From: Phoronis australis
Lineage: Eukaryota > Animalia > Phoronida
Length of the DNA: 64,000 nucleotides
NCBI GenBank assembly: GCA_002633005.1
Contig: NMRA01000131.1
Span: 24,029-88,028, forward strand
Direction: 5' to 3'
The first letter of the stretch is position 1. Every line of letters starts with the position of its first letter. This document shows, piece by piece, positions 1 to 13,000 of the stretch. The position numbers were made by a program, and so were the translations under genes. The notes under the pieces are model-generated. The model was not told the DNA's origin. It saw only the letters and a program-made list of their open reading frames with translations, and ran no database searches.

Positions 1-292
1 CCTGCTTTGCAGGTTGTTATAGCCCAGTTGGCTGTTTGGTGTACCCACTTGGTACTTTATATGATATTTGCCCATTTGGCAGTTTGTACCCACTTGGTAC
101 TTGTTATTGAATTTGCCGTTTTGCTCGACCCAGTTGGTAGGCAATCGGCCAATACCCATGTGGTATTATGTACCCATTTGGTACTACGCTAACCTATGCC
201 ACTTAGCATCCGATACTCAGTTGTACTTTGGGTATCGGAAATGCGTGTGTGTTATCTCTTGTAATTAAGGAACCCATCTGGTTCCTTCTGTG
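1..292. repeat. Array of CCCANNTGG motifs, probably the end of a non-autonomous CACTA/EnSpm-like element (truncated by the window start)
   Basis: About ten copies of cccagttgg/cccacttgg/cccatttgg/cccatgtgg/cccatctgg occur in 290 bp. The array ends in the near-palindrome aggaacccatctggttcct followed by ...ctgtg (CACAG on the minus strand). The superfamily is an inference. Confidence 0.5.
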
Positions 293-414
293 AAATAGTT
301 ATTTGTAGAGCTGTGACCCTGAAATTGCCAATACAACTTAAAATATACATTATTCTTGTTGTTTTATTTGTCCCCAATAAACACATATATACATGTTCCA
401 AGATACATACTTTT

Positions 415-870
415 CAGTTTGGTGGCTATAGTGTAGGTTTATCTGATTTTGACTCCGGAGTTTCACTCGTCTGGCCGTTTCGTCACCTGCTGGATATTCA
501 GCACTATAGTCTAGCGATAGTCCATGGAAATTGTTTTTATATTTTTACTATTTTTCAGTTCTTTCGACCTACATAGACATCGTTTTGTTTCGTAGCAGAT
601 GTACATTTTTGTCATTCATGTACCCGTAAGCTGGCGTTCAACTAAACTTTTTTTCCAAAATTGAGATTCGATCGGCACAGGAGGGGCACTGAATTACTGA
701 TCTCAAAGCCTTGTTCGAGCTGTTGTCATGAAAAATAAATTGAATTACTTTTTGATGAGAGCCTCTAATATACACTTCGCCTGTAGAGTTACAGAGAGCT
801 CATTTCGAAGTTGTTAAAACATGTTATTTAGATTCATGAAGCTTTAACAAAGGAATTTGAGTTTTTTGGA
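415..870 (+). repeat. Dispersed repeat; an inverted copy lies at about 8960-9432
   Basis: ggtggctatagtgtagg..gattttgactccggagtttc..gtctggccg..cacctgctggat and gatcggcacagg..agggcactg..ctcaaagccttg.tcgagctgttgtca align to the reverse complement of 9085-9425. Confidence 0.8.
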
Positions 871-3800
871 TTATAAAGTGTGAAGCTTACTCGAATCTAT
901 CTGTGTCATAGCTTGATTTCATTTATTATCATGCTCGTCAATTTCTAATTTAAGGGCGAAAACTTTTATGGTGCTCAGTCGCCATGGTATCAATTATGCA
1001 TGTCTACTTTCATACTTAACGTGGGCTTGTTTCACCCTGTATTGCCGAAAAATTCCAAAGTACATTACATTCTAAGGTACTTACTGTGACAAAAGGCTGT
1101 TAGGATCATTTTAGTTTGCGTATTAATTTGTACTGAGATCATTTTGCTAGGTGTAAGCTTTAGCTACAGTGAAAATTATGAAACCCGTGCGTCCAACATT
1201 TTTAAGAGATGTCATTTTTATCTCTCATCGGAGTGTGACTTACAAGTGACAAAATCAGATATCGGTGGAGTCAGTTAAGTTAAACAATTAATATAAAAAA
1301 TAACAAAACTCAGATCGAAGTGACTTTATACATTTTATGTAATGATTAGAAGGTAATAAGGTGGACGTTGCCAGGACACCAGTTAGGTGACGAGGGGGGG
1401 GGGCGCAGGTTAGACGAATGAACGGTTTCCAAAGTGCTGAAACTGGTGTGGCAGCACAGATTAGACTCGTTCGTAAACATGTATGTAAATAATATTAGTT
1501 TTTGGCTAAATTAGAAGTAAGACGTGCAAACAAAAACGACGCTAGAGTGCAGCAACGACGTTTCGATATTTCGATATTAATCAAAAGTTATTCTCGGGTA
1601 CAATAGTAGACAGAAAAAAAATATCGTAACAGAATTACATTAATATTGAAACTTCGTTCTCAAACATGTATGCGCCTTCGTTTCCTCGATGGAAACGTTT
1701 TGGCCAAATTTCATGAAATTTCACCGAAGAAATCTAGTTATAGAAATTGCTACCAATGTGCCAGAAGTAGTCAAAGTATCTAAAAATTGACGTCTACTGA
1801 TTTGACCACCACAGAAACATATGTGCAAAAATTAATGAAGCCCTTTTATGCGGTTTGTGAGATGCAGCTAAATACTTCCCGTAGTCAGGCACCGTAACAT
1901 ACGCGATGGAATGACTTCTCCATCGACTGTTGCTTGAAAACAAACAAAAATTCCATATTTTTTATTTTTTTTTATTTTCTTAGTCTGACAGCAAACTGAT
2001 GAAAAATATCATTGGAAATCACCAGCACCCCGCAAACAGGCCCCCAGAGCTCCTGAAAACTGGCTAAACATCAAAGACAAAAAATTGGGCAAAATTTACC
2101 AAATTTTTGCACTCCATTGAACGTTAACAGAAACCCCTTTGAAAATTCAAAGACTGTCTTCTGATAGAGAGGTTCAATGTCTATAAACATTATCAATATT
2201 TTTTCTTTCCCTTTCTTTTAAGCCGCTTTAAAACAACTTCACTAACTGAACCTTTTTAAACAAAAAATTAGCTATTTTGGACCAAAATATTCGTGATCCT
2301 CTAACTTAAAAATAATGACCCAAAACTTTCAAATAAGTATTCTGAACATATCCCACCAGAATGTATGTACACACAATTTTTTTCAAGATCTGAGTCGGTG
2401 GCCCTGGAGTCGACCTTCTGGTGCTCTCGTGGAATGACAGTTAAAACGGCACGTGGTCTGATCTGATGGCAAAACATTGGTACACCTGTATATAACTGCT
2501 TTAATAAAAGAATCAGAGCCGACTATGATTAAAACTGGTTTGATTCATGTTTAAAAGATGATTTACATTTTCGTTGCATTGCAACTGAGTGAGCCAGCGG
2601 TAGTAGTGATGAAGTTTAGTGTCTAATGTACTAGGCGGATGGTACTCTTCATATCATCCGTGGTAATGTGACAGCGCAAGTTGCTTGGCAAGGTTTTTAC
2701 AGATATTTAGTATTTCGAATTATATATCAACCCTATATGCAGCAAATTCTGAGGGACCGGGTCGCGGCAAAAATACTCAGTAAAGTAACGATTTTGTCCA
2801 CGTACATAGGCTACATAAAAAGTTCGTAACTGTCCCTCTTGCTAGAGTCGCAAAAAGACATCATAGCACGAACTGTGGTAGTTTGTACTTATCTCTATGT
2901 TTTTAAAGCGATATTTGGAATAGGGACACTAAATAAGGGACACTTAAAATTGTCGCAACTCCACCGTCGTCACTGTCGTGTTGGCTTTCTTTTTTTCGTG
3001 TTCGTCATCCAGCACAATCGTTGTGATAGTCATCTGCATTCCTACCGGGTGTCTTGATAAGCTGGGGGCGTATATTGGGAATTTAGCAAATTTTTACTCA
3101 TTTAAAGCCCCTGTGCGGTGTTGTAATATGTTAAATTAAAGAGGAACAAATTTAAAATGAAACACATGTCAGATCTTCCTAAATCCCATTGCCTAGGTAT
3201 GTCATGGATAGCCTAATTACGATCTCTGGATACGCACCAAGCAAATTAAAGAGTATGCCGCTAAAAGTATGACGAAAAAAAAGAGATGGATTCGGCCAAC
3301 GCTACGCAGACAGCCTGTATGTATTGCACAAAATAGCATTTAACTGAAGTTTACAAGGGAAGCGGAATAGAGGAAGAGCTAAGCATTCGTAGGGGAACGT
3401 GAAAAATGAGAACAAATACCAAAATTAGTGTCAAGTAGACTGGTTAAGAAGGAATCTTGGTGCCCTAAACAGAGAGGGTTAGCACAGCAAACAGCGGGTG
3501 TCCAAATGTCACCCACCGAAATCAAGGGAATAAGCAACAGTGACTCTAGGTAGTTGCAAATATACATTTCCGTTACAGCACTCACCACAACGCCAGCAAT
3601 TTACCGCTGTCCGTACGATTTACTCGCACTCTACGAAAAAAAATAATGGGTTTGTTTCAGCGGCAATGAGCCAAAATTGCATCTTAATGACGTTTGGACG
3701 GTTTGTTCAAATAACGGCCTTATGCTGCGAATGATTCCTTAAATCACATGTGAGAAACGTTTGTACGGGACAATTTCTGGTAAAAGGTAGGCTATCAACA

Positions 3801-6557
3801 AAATCCACAATTTTGTGGAGTGGCCAAGAGCAGGAACTGACAGAAGCAAAAAATTATTTCCCGGCGTCGTATTCATCAAGCTCCGTACGTCCGACCTACG
3901 AAAGTCTATGTAACTACGGTATTCACCCGACACCAATCTTGTCAGTTACGGCAGTTTGACTAGTCTATATGTCCATTTATTTGCAGCGATGGCACCAGGA
4001 ACGGGGGCACCACAAAATATCCGCCCAACAATAAAATTAACGAAACTATCTAATTATTTTAAATGTCTCACCAGATGGTCCAAATACCTACATGCTCATA
4101 GTTGCTGCACACCACTGACTAAGCTTTGTGAGAGGCAAGTGCACAGATGTACGCAATCAATAAGCATATTCATGAGTTTATTGCATCTTACTGGCAGCTC
4201 GTGAATTACGCTATGTACACCACGTGACATCTGGGCTACACAAAGATAAGGGGATTAAGAAAGCGGATTGTAAAAATACAGTTTGCTTCACCACACGGTT
4301 CAACAGTTCACTGAAACGTGTTTTGTACAACATTCAAACGCCATTCACACTTTTATCAACGTATATAGCTTTTCATGAGATCTACCAGTACTACAACTAC
4401 CGCTACCACTCGTGCCGCTACTGGTTCCGATCCTGCCACATGTACCATGAAAACTAATACCGCCTGTTTACTTTTATTGTAACTTTTAGAACAATATCGT
4501 TAAATTAAAGCTGCGTTTGGCCCCTGTATAGCTGTCAATGTCGAATTCTTAATCGAAGCGCTTGGTTTTATAAGCATTGCCGCCCATCTGAGGTTGAATC
4601 AGTTGAGTGAGTGGGCAACTGATGTCACAGGCAGTGCTTTACATGCCCCAATTTGATTTCTCAATTTTAGTGTTTGCCAACCCCCATAAACCGTACAACG
4701 TTTTTTGAGTCACCGATGATTTCGATGATCTTGTTGGTACTTTATAAGAGCAACAGGCCTTATTCATTTATTGTCTTCTGGCTAGCTAAACAGGGCGAAA
4801 TGCGACTTTTATTAAAACCTACCGCGAGATGTGCAGTCCAACATTTTTGTTTATTGTAACACCTCGATCAATTCAAAACTGGTAATAGATTTGAACTGAA
4901 CTAGAACGAATACTTTTCGTTCACAATATCATATGGACGTTTTAAATGATATTTACACACACGTGATGCAAACAGCGTTATTGATTCTGATGTGAATGAC
5001 AACGATGAAGCTTATAAACCTGTACTGGCCTGACACCCAAAGGTCACACGCCCCTACAAAACAACAGTTCCCTCACGTATTAGATGACGTGACAAAATTT
5101 GTCAACAAAATTTGTCAAAGAAATTTGACACGTGTTCTACCTTTACCGTTGTTACAAAACATTTCAGTTATATCACGTTCACTCTCTGTTCTGTTCACGT
5201 AACATTCACTAACATTCGCAATCCGAATTTGAAAATCTTGTTTAATAAAGACATCCAGAGAGGTAGAAAAACTGATCGCTTTTCTATGTTTTTTTTTTCT
5301 TAAAACTTTTAAAATTTCACTACAAAGCGTGTTAGACAGGGCTCAAAACTTGAGAAAAAGAAAAGAAACGCCTTTTTGAGTCATTCATTTTCATCATTTT
5401 TTTATTTTCCAGAAGTCCTTCCCTAGTTGAAAGCCTTTTCTAAAAAATGCGGTCGCTGTTCTAGAAACTTGCCATGGTCTAGTTAAACCAAGGAGCTTAT
5501 AACACTTCTTGATCGAATAATAATAAATAAAAATTATTAAGTATGATCATAAAACCATTATAACTTGCTATTTTTTGTACTTCATAGCACAATAGTTATT
5601 CATGTTTTCATTTTCACGTAAAATAAAGTTATCATTAACGTAAAAAACTGGAACGGATTTAAGTTAATTTGTTTTAGATTTCAAATTGCGAGATTTTTTA
5701 AAGTTGATCAACATTTGGCTGAGAAATGAACTCGAGGGTACTGCTATCACCATGAAATCATGAACTGAGACCACAGTATTGCGGTCGTTATATGTTACTT
5801 CTGATCAGTGTCTGCTAATGAGGCTGAATTGACATGTGTAGCCATACTGTTTTTGTCTGACGGGGTCAAGGTAGTCTATTACACGTATTTTTTACCCGGC
5901 CGTGCGCGTGGTCTCGTTGAGGAGGCAAAGTTGATACGCAGCGGACTTTTCTGTCGCATAAAGCGGTCAAAAACGGATAAATTCATTATTATTTTATTGC
6001 TTACAGGTACTCTCAAGGGGTGTGAAGGTTGTTTTTATACAATTATAAGGGCAAATTTATTTTAATTCGAACAAATTTTCGCACCACTGAAATAAGTCGG
6101 GGGGGGGGGGGNGGCGAGAGTGTAGCCCCCAGTCCCTTATTGTGCATCCGCCATGTATTATCACCAGTCCGTAACAACTTACGCCCACCCACACACGTAG
6201 AAAAACGTGACCGTTTGAAGCCCTTTAGTAGCTTCTACTATTAACCGCCCCAATTCTTCGTTATTCGTAAGCTCAGATGCAACATCTTTCCAGTTATATC
6301 GTTTTCTTCGAGAGAAACCAAGTAATCCGACTTTAGGCGTCTATAGAGACTATACACTGTCACCTGATAGGCTTAATGGGTTTTCGTGTCACTATCAGCT
6401 GACAGGAACATTTCACCTGCGCAATGTGAGGCCACACCACTGCTCATGCTAAATGACGCCGTATGGATCTCGCAAGGTATTGTTCAACTTGCGACATATG
6501 TGCAACGGGTGTAAGCGCGTCGCATGGTTATGTATGGTGGGCCGTTGAGGGCCAGTG

Positions 6558-6750
6558 TCGCTCGTAATTACGAGCGTAAATTATATTGCAGGAGTGTCTC
6601 CGTACAATTACTCTCATAAGTTAAATGGGGAAAAGTTTCGCCGTAAAGTTACGGCCATAATTACGAGCGTAAATTCAATTGCAAAAGTGCTGCAGTAAAA
6701 TTACGCCCGTAAATTAAATGGGGGAATTGTCGCCGTAAATTACGCTCTTA
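6558..6750. repeat. Array of palindromic TTACG(NN)CGTAA motifs, MITE-like
   Basis: cgctcgtaattacgagcgtaaatt, ttacgagcgtaaatt, ttacgcccgtaaatt and cgccgtaaattacgc, arranged in roughly 85-bp higher-order units. Confidence 0.6.
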
Positions 6751-7550
6751 AAACACTTTAAGAACGTTCCAAATTTAAACCAGTCAGTGTTAACCTAACA
6801 TACACGGCTGAGCAGCTCGTTCTTGCACAATCGGGGACACTGCGGCACCGATTTGATCCGCCATGATTCAGCGCTCGTTGCGTAGACATGTGTCCCGTCA
6901 GTAAATAGGTATTTACATGAGCGCGCGCGACCGTGAGTTGTAAAACCGAACGTCATTGGCTAAGAGTACATGGCAATATCTCACATAATCTCGCGACGTC
7001 TTGCTTTTTACTGATCTCTGTGCCTCGATCTCCACACACGCAGATACAAAACTCAGTAAGTGAGACAGTCGCCTCACGACCTAGGCAAAATCCTACCGTG
7101 ACGGTTCATTGTCCGCAGAAGTGAACTATAGGAGCTCATTTGCATTCCAGGCTCAAAGATGTCCATCTACGGTGGCCCTTCACTTAGATCCGGGTAACAT
7201 GCACACTCTGTCGCAGCATTGGCGTGGAGAATTAGGTTGATTGTCATTTGTTAATGCGGATTACGGACTTCATTATTTGAATAATGAAATGAAATGGCTT
7301 AGAAATACAAAGTATACGCGACATATATATACCAACCTATGTTACGTTGTGCAATGAATTCGCTGAGAATGACAGAAATAACTGGGTTTTAAAAACGCAT
7401 GAACGCGAAATTTCGTCAAAAACATGTCAGAAGTTAACTGCAGGTTTGTTTAAAAGATAGCTAGGCTTTGAGATTGTGTGTGGAGTCCAGTAATTAATTT
7501 ATCATATGATAGGGCTTAACCACTATTTAAAACAAGTGACAAATGCCTCC

Positions 7551-7740
7551 CGTTCAGTAACGCTAGGACCTCGCTATTAAAAAAAGTTTCGTATGATATT
7601 GTCATGTATTTTAAATGAGAACACGTGAATTTGGCTATATTTTAGGTAGGTCCTAGCGTAGGTCCTAGCGTAAGTCCTAGCGTAGGTCCTAGCGTAGGTC
7701 CTAGCGTAGGTCCTAGCGTAGATCCTAGCGTTACTGAACG
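7551..7740. mobile_element. MITE with about 18-bp TIRs and an internal 12-bp tandem repeat
   Basis: TIRs are cgttcagtaacgctagga (7551) and tcctagcgttactgaacg (ends 7740). About 7 copies of taggtcctagcg lie at 7646-7730; the tandem unit is derived from the TIR. Confidence 0.7.
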
Positions 7741-8428
7741 AACGCCTGCTGTTAATTGACCTATCGCAAGCTCCGCCCCTATGCGAAAAGTCACGTGATA
7801 CCCGACACTCGAACGGTATGTCAGAGGCAAATGCAATGTTGCTAAACGACGTTCCTGGTGGAATCGATGAGTGTTTTTGCACTATCTGAATGAAAACGCT
7901 TCGACAGAGACAAGAGGCGATGCTTTTCAACAGAGAATCGTACGTTCATGATATGGGAATTTGTAAAGGTGACAATGAACAAATAAGTGCTTGAGGAGCC
8001 AGTGAAAATCTGAAGAACCCGGCGGCCTCGGGGCCACCTTCACCTGAAAAGGCCACTGATACGATATGTTCATGTAAAGTCGAATTATCTGTACTATTCC
8101 ATAGATTTCATGCTCTTTTGAATAAAATCAGTGAAGATTCACCGATATTTTTATTCTGTCGTCTGCTAAATTTCGCAAAATGAAAAGTAGGTCACAACTG
8201 GTGGAACTCCTGGAGTAAAGTAGGTCACAGATTACAGACAACACATGTATTATAGTCTCTGACTAGGTCGACTCGATAGCACTGTTTACGCTTTTCTAAT
8301 CTTGTAACGAGATATTTTGAAAAAAAAAATCAGGTTCATAGCTCAGGTACTCACTCATCTCGTCCTAGGCAAACAGTTAGCTCCGGTAGGTCTAGGGCTG
8401 TGTCTAAGTCAAATTAATGTCTGGAATT

Positions 8429-8759
8429 CAGTGGAGGATCTAGGATACCACAGGGGGCCCAACATATGTTACCTCGTGGAATTGGGCAGAGTGCGATTGT
8501 ATGTGCACAGGCGGCCCGAAAGTTGCAGGGGCCAGGGATGTAGACCGTTGGACCTTCTGTTCAGAAAATCTATCGGTGGACTAAAAAAACAGGAACACGA
8601 TTCTGCCGCGATCTGGGGTCTGAGCCCCCCTCTTCCGCTACCGATCCTAGTTTCTGAACTCAATATTTCTTCACGCTTCATGCTCTTACTGTTTCATTTT
8701 GCTTGCGGCAGCCAAGGGGGGGGGGGGCTGGGGCCCCTGCCCCCCTAAATCCGCCTATG
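8429..8759. mobile_element. Fragments of G/C-tract MITEs (CAGTGGCGGATCTAG / CATAGGCGGATTTAG-type termini)
   Basis: cagtggaggatctaggata at 8429 and ccccctaaatccgcctatg ending at 8759. The same termini recur at 27311-27470, about 47598 (cataggcggatttaggggg) and 48553-48571 (tatcctagatccgccactg). Confidence 0.55.
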
Positions 8760-8959
8760 GAATTGTCCGTTTGCATCATCAAGACATTTAAATTAGGCCT
8801 ACCTTCTTATGAACTTGGCATTTTTTGTAGTTTCATTCCATAAAGGTAGCTTTCATTTAATTTTGAAGGTAGCATGATCACTAAGTCGTGGTATGGTTAC
8901 AAAAGGTTTCAAGTCTGGTGTGGTAGTTGCAAAAATAGGGTATTTACAAAAATAACTCA

Positions 8960-9432
8960 AATTCTTTTTTTAAGCTTCATAAATCTAAATATCATGTTTG
9001 AACAAGTTCAAAATGAGCTCTCTCTAACTCTACAGACATAGTGTATACTAGAGGTACACGTCAAAAAGTAATTCAACAGTTTGTTTTTAGTGACAACAGC
9101 TCGACCAAGGCTTTGAGTTCCGGCAGTAATCCAGTGCCCTTCCCTGTGCCGATCGAATCTCTGAATTTTGACAGGGAGAGAAGTTCAGTTGAACGCCAGC
9201 CTACGGTTTATGAATAACAAAAATGTACCTCTGATACGAAACAAAATAATGTCCATTAGGTTGAAATAAATAAAAAAAACATAAAATAAAAATGTCCTTG
9301 AAAACAACAATTTCTGGGGACTACCGCTAGAGTACACCGAGATCCAGCAGGTGCAGAGACAAAGGCGGCCAGACGTAGGAAACTCGGGAGTCAAAATCTG
9401 CGATAGCCCTGCACCATAGCCACCAAGTTGGA
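8960..9432 (-). repeat. Inverted copy of the 415-870 repeat
   Basis: The reverse complement of 9300-9432 reads ggtggctatggtgcagg..gattttgactcccgagtttcctacgtctggccg..cacctgctggat, matching 420-500. Confidence 0.8.
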
Positions 9433-10085
9433 ACTAATATATTTGTGTTTATTATAGCCTTCGAGTTATCAAGCAACATCGCTAAGTTCAGCTGCTCGTG
9501 TGGCCGTACAATTTGATCTATAGTTTACGCTTTTCAACATCATTTTTCGGCTTAGGACATGCCATCTTGAGCTATAGACTAAAGTAAGTTTTACTCGACT
9601 ACGTGTGGTTTGTCGGGTAAAATGGCGGCTTGGAAACGCAGACGGTGTGCCAAGAATGCTGCTTTCTGATTGGTCAATTAAGGCGTCCGTCATAATCCTG
9701 GCGATAAGTCAATTAAGTAGACTAACACGTGATCGGTAAACTTCCGACCAAGCATGCGCATTGATGCTCACACGCGAAATTCCATGTATCGTCCTTCATG
9801 TTTCCACAGGGCCACTTTTCAGTATAAGGTGGGGTTGTGTCATAGGGTAGCTGTAGGACTCGATCGTTACATGACAGTCCTGTTGGTCGATCTTCGAACT
9901 AACACGCACTGTACTGCGACAGTGTACTTGCTGGTTACAGACCTTGGTGACGCAACACTTGCAGGCAGTATCTTATAACCCAGGATGCAAGTGACAAGCT
10001 ATTAGTTAACGTCCTGTTCGTTAACCCTTGCCTTGCCAAGGTCCTCTATAGAATTTTCCACGAGATGGCCCTCATGTACAATTTC

Positions 10086-13000
10086 TAAGTCCAGGCCCTT
10101 AACCCGAAAACATTTACACGTCGGATTAAAGCACCAAATTTGGCACACTAGTACTTTTTGACATGCTGAATCTCATGGGGGTCGGTTGCCCAAATTTTGA
10201 GGTCAAGGTCAAGGTCAAATCTCAAAAAACAAAATGGCCGCCCAGTAACACAATCTATGGTTGCTTGAGGGATGATCACACATTTTAAGGCTAGGTAACA
10301 GTACTTTATTAACTAGAAATCTATCATAATGACATCGCAATATCTTTTTCTCATAATATCAAGACTCCTCATTTGCATAATTCCAATATGGCCGCCAAAA
10401 TTTAACCAACCAACTGCAATTTTAACAAAATCATTTATTTTGATCTGATGCAAGACTAATAATACAACAAGAAATAGGATTTCTTACCAAAATTTATTAG
10501 ATTTATCAATAATTTGTACAATTATTATGAAAATTCAGTTGATGTTATGATAAAGAGACCAATTTGTATGCATAGAACTTGACAGACTACCAAAAACTCA
10601 GAGACCAGCTTTCAAAAATGTCGTTAGTATGCTTCTTCTAGCTCCTGTCTACATATAATCCGATTGTCATCTGCTTATAATATCAACACAATAAAACAGA
10701 TTAATCTCAAATTGCCATTGCAGACCACAGAATTCAATTAACATTATCATCTGTTCCTTTGGTCCATAACAAACCATGATGTTACTGACATGTTCCCTGG
10801 TATTTGCTAAGTGTTGTGCATGCTAAGGAATTGCTTTTAATTTATATCTCTTGCCCCATGGTGGTATACTTTTGCAACCATGAGCTGCTGGCCGGCTTTG
10901 GAGATTTCAGGCATGTCTATCCAGTAAGGTGTCCATTTATGGCCCTTGTCACTCTGCCATGCAAACCTCTATGGACTTGGTTTCCGGTGGATGGGCATCC
11001 GACTGCCAGCTTGATACAAGCATTTGTTAACTTACTTTATCAGAGGAGATTGGGTAGGCGATAAATTTGGCATGATCTGAACTTTTTGTTGGAAAAGCTC
11101 CTTTCATAAAGTATTGACTTTGCTGGTTTTGACTTTTCGATCATAAAAACATGTAAATGTCTCAATTGTTTTGAATTCCTGACTGTCGACGGTGAGTTGC
11201 TAAAAGGAATTGATTGCCGACACGAGAATGCCTGAGTAGCATCACGGTAAGCTTTTCATGTCTCCCATGCTGTTTTCTTCTCTTTTCCATAGAACTGGGA
11301 CGTTGTGTCCAACCCTGTTAAGGCATGAAACATGGGTAGAGCTACACACAAATCGTACCTAAGCTAGTCAAACAAACTCTTGACGAAGAGTTCCCGCACC
11401 TTCTTTCCAGCTTTAACCACTACCCGTAATTGAATTGCTGACAGCAAAGCCTTAAGCTGATCAACAACACCAAGAAGAACGACCACAACATCAGTATCAA
11501 TTGTAGAAACCAGTAGTCTCTGATTACCTTTGATCAGAGCGTCCCCAATGTACAAGCACATACTGTACAGGTGTCCGACTCTCGGCGGTATGTCAGAACT
11601 AGAGCAAAGAACAGAGTGACCGTGGGTAACACATATATTTTGTCCTGGAGGATAGGCGATTGCTAAAGATATCTTCAGCTAACAGCATGAACAATTCCTC
11701 TTTATTCTTCGAGTTTGCAAGAAAATCTGGAAGTACAGAGACAGTTGCGTTTGGTGTGAAACTTTGGCAAGATCACCTGTACCTCTATCAGCGGTGGCCT
11801 TCAAGCTGTCTTCAGTGTAAGCATCAAACACAATGTCAACTCTACAGCAGTTGTGAAGGTTAGAATGTGCCCACTTAGCAGTTTTCACTGAACTGTCCGA
11901 ATGTCGCGGATTCGTTTGGAGAAAATTTGCGCACAATAGCTGGCCCATCAAAGACTTTGACATCGACGGATTCAGGAACGTCTGAATGAGGAAATTCCAA
12001 CATTTTGAGCAAGTGTGACTTCTGTGAGGGTAAACCGAGACTGTCGTTCTGGTTCAGGGATGGTGGCCAAGAATGATTCTCATGTATAAGAAAATCATCC
12101 TTCTAGAATTTGACTAGCTATAAAAACCTGACTAAATAAGCTGCAGTCTTTCTTGATGTCATCCATGCGCTGCTGAGTCACTCTTTTTGCCTTCCCGTTA
12201 GCTGTTTCGGAAACAACAAACTTGTTTTTCTTGATAGGGGTCTTTATTGGTTGGGACTTTTCAATTACGACTGTTTGCTTATAGCTGTCATATTGCTGTT
12301 TTCCAGTCACTTCGATAGTCTGAAGACCTGTAGCGTTTCTAACGTCATAAGTTCATCACCATGGTCAAAGAAAGGGTTTCCCTTTAGTTTGCTGAACTGA
12401 CACCTTACACCACACAAACTGTTCACATGGTTTTTAAAGTTGTTCTGGAAGTACAGAATGTCTTTGTGGCGTTTTTTTTCCTCGTTATTGTCTTCAAAAC
12501 GATTGACAATCAAACTCAGTCAGCAACCTGGCTATAGCTCGGACCCAAACACCATTCACTCTATCAAAGCGTTTGGATTTTCAGTTAATCCAATAGCCCC
12601 ACCACTGTCTTGGACTAAGGCGTTATTTTCTTCATCCGCCCAGTCAATTGCAACAGCACAGAATCTGTGCCGTGTATTTGAAGACATCCATCAGATGCTG
12701 TCGTACGTTAACTGGTATAGCACTCACGTCTTGGGTGTGGAGAGAGACCCATCTTGCATAATTTTGAAGGTCAAGAGCAAAGAAATAGGACACAAGAGAT
12801 TCAAAGACATCAATGCACAGCGACAAGTTGCATTCACCATGAGCAAGGACGAGAATCAAGATCAGTAACTGGACATGTAAGATAACATTCCAAAACTCAA
12901 ATTTTGGAATTCTCATTAAGCTATCACTTTTCCTGCTGGAGACTCGACAGCACCTTCATTTTTCACAATAAGAAATGGTTCTTCCTGTAGCTTTGCCAGA

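Noticed and set aside
1-292. Regularly spaced short repeats resembling a CRISPR array
   Set aside because: The repeats are only about 9 bp, degenerate and irregularly spaced. The DNA is eukaryotic and there are no cas genes; transposon subterminal repeats fit better.
2390-2445. Possible Sola-type transposon end (ctctcgtggaatgac), and a similar candidate at 21345-21390
   Set aside because: No partner TIR or TSD was found in the window, so boundaries and family cannot be supported.
7577-7930. ORFs with RTYA / LGPT repeats
   Set aside because: These are translations of the 12-bp minisatellite inside a MITE.
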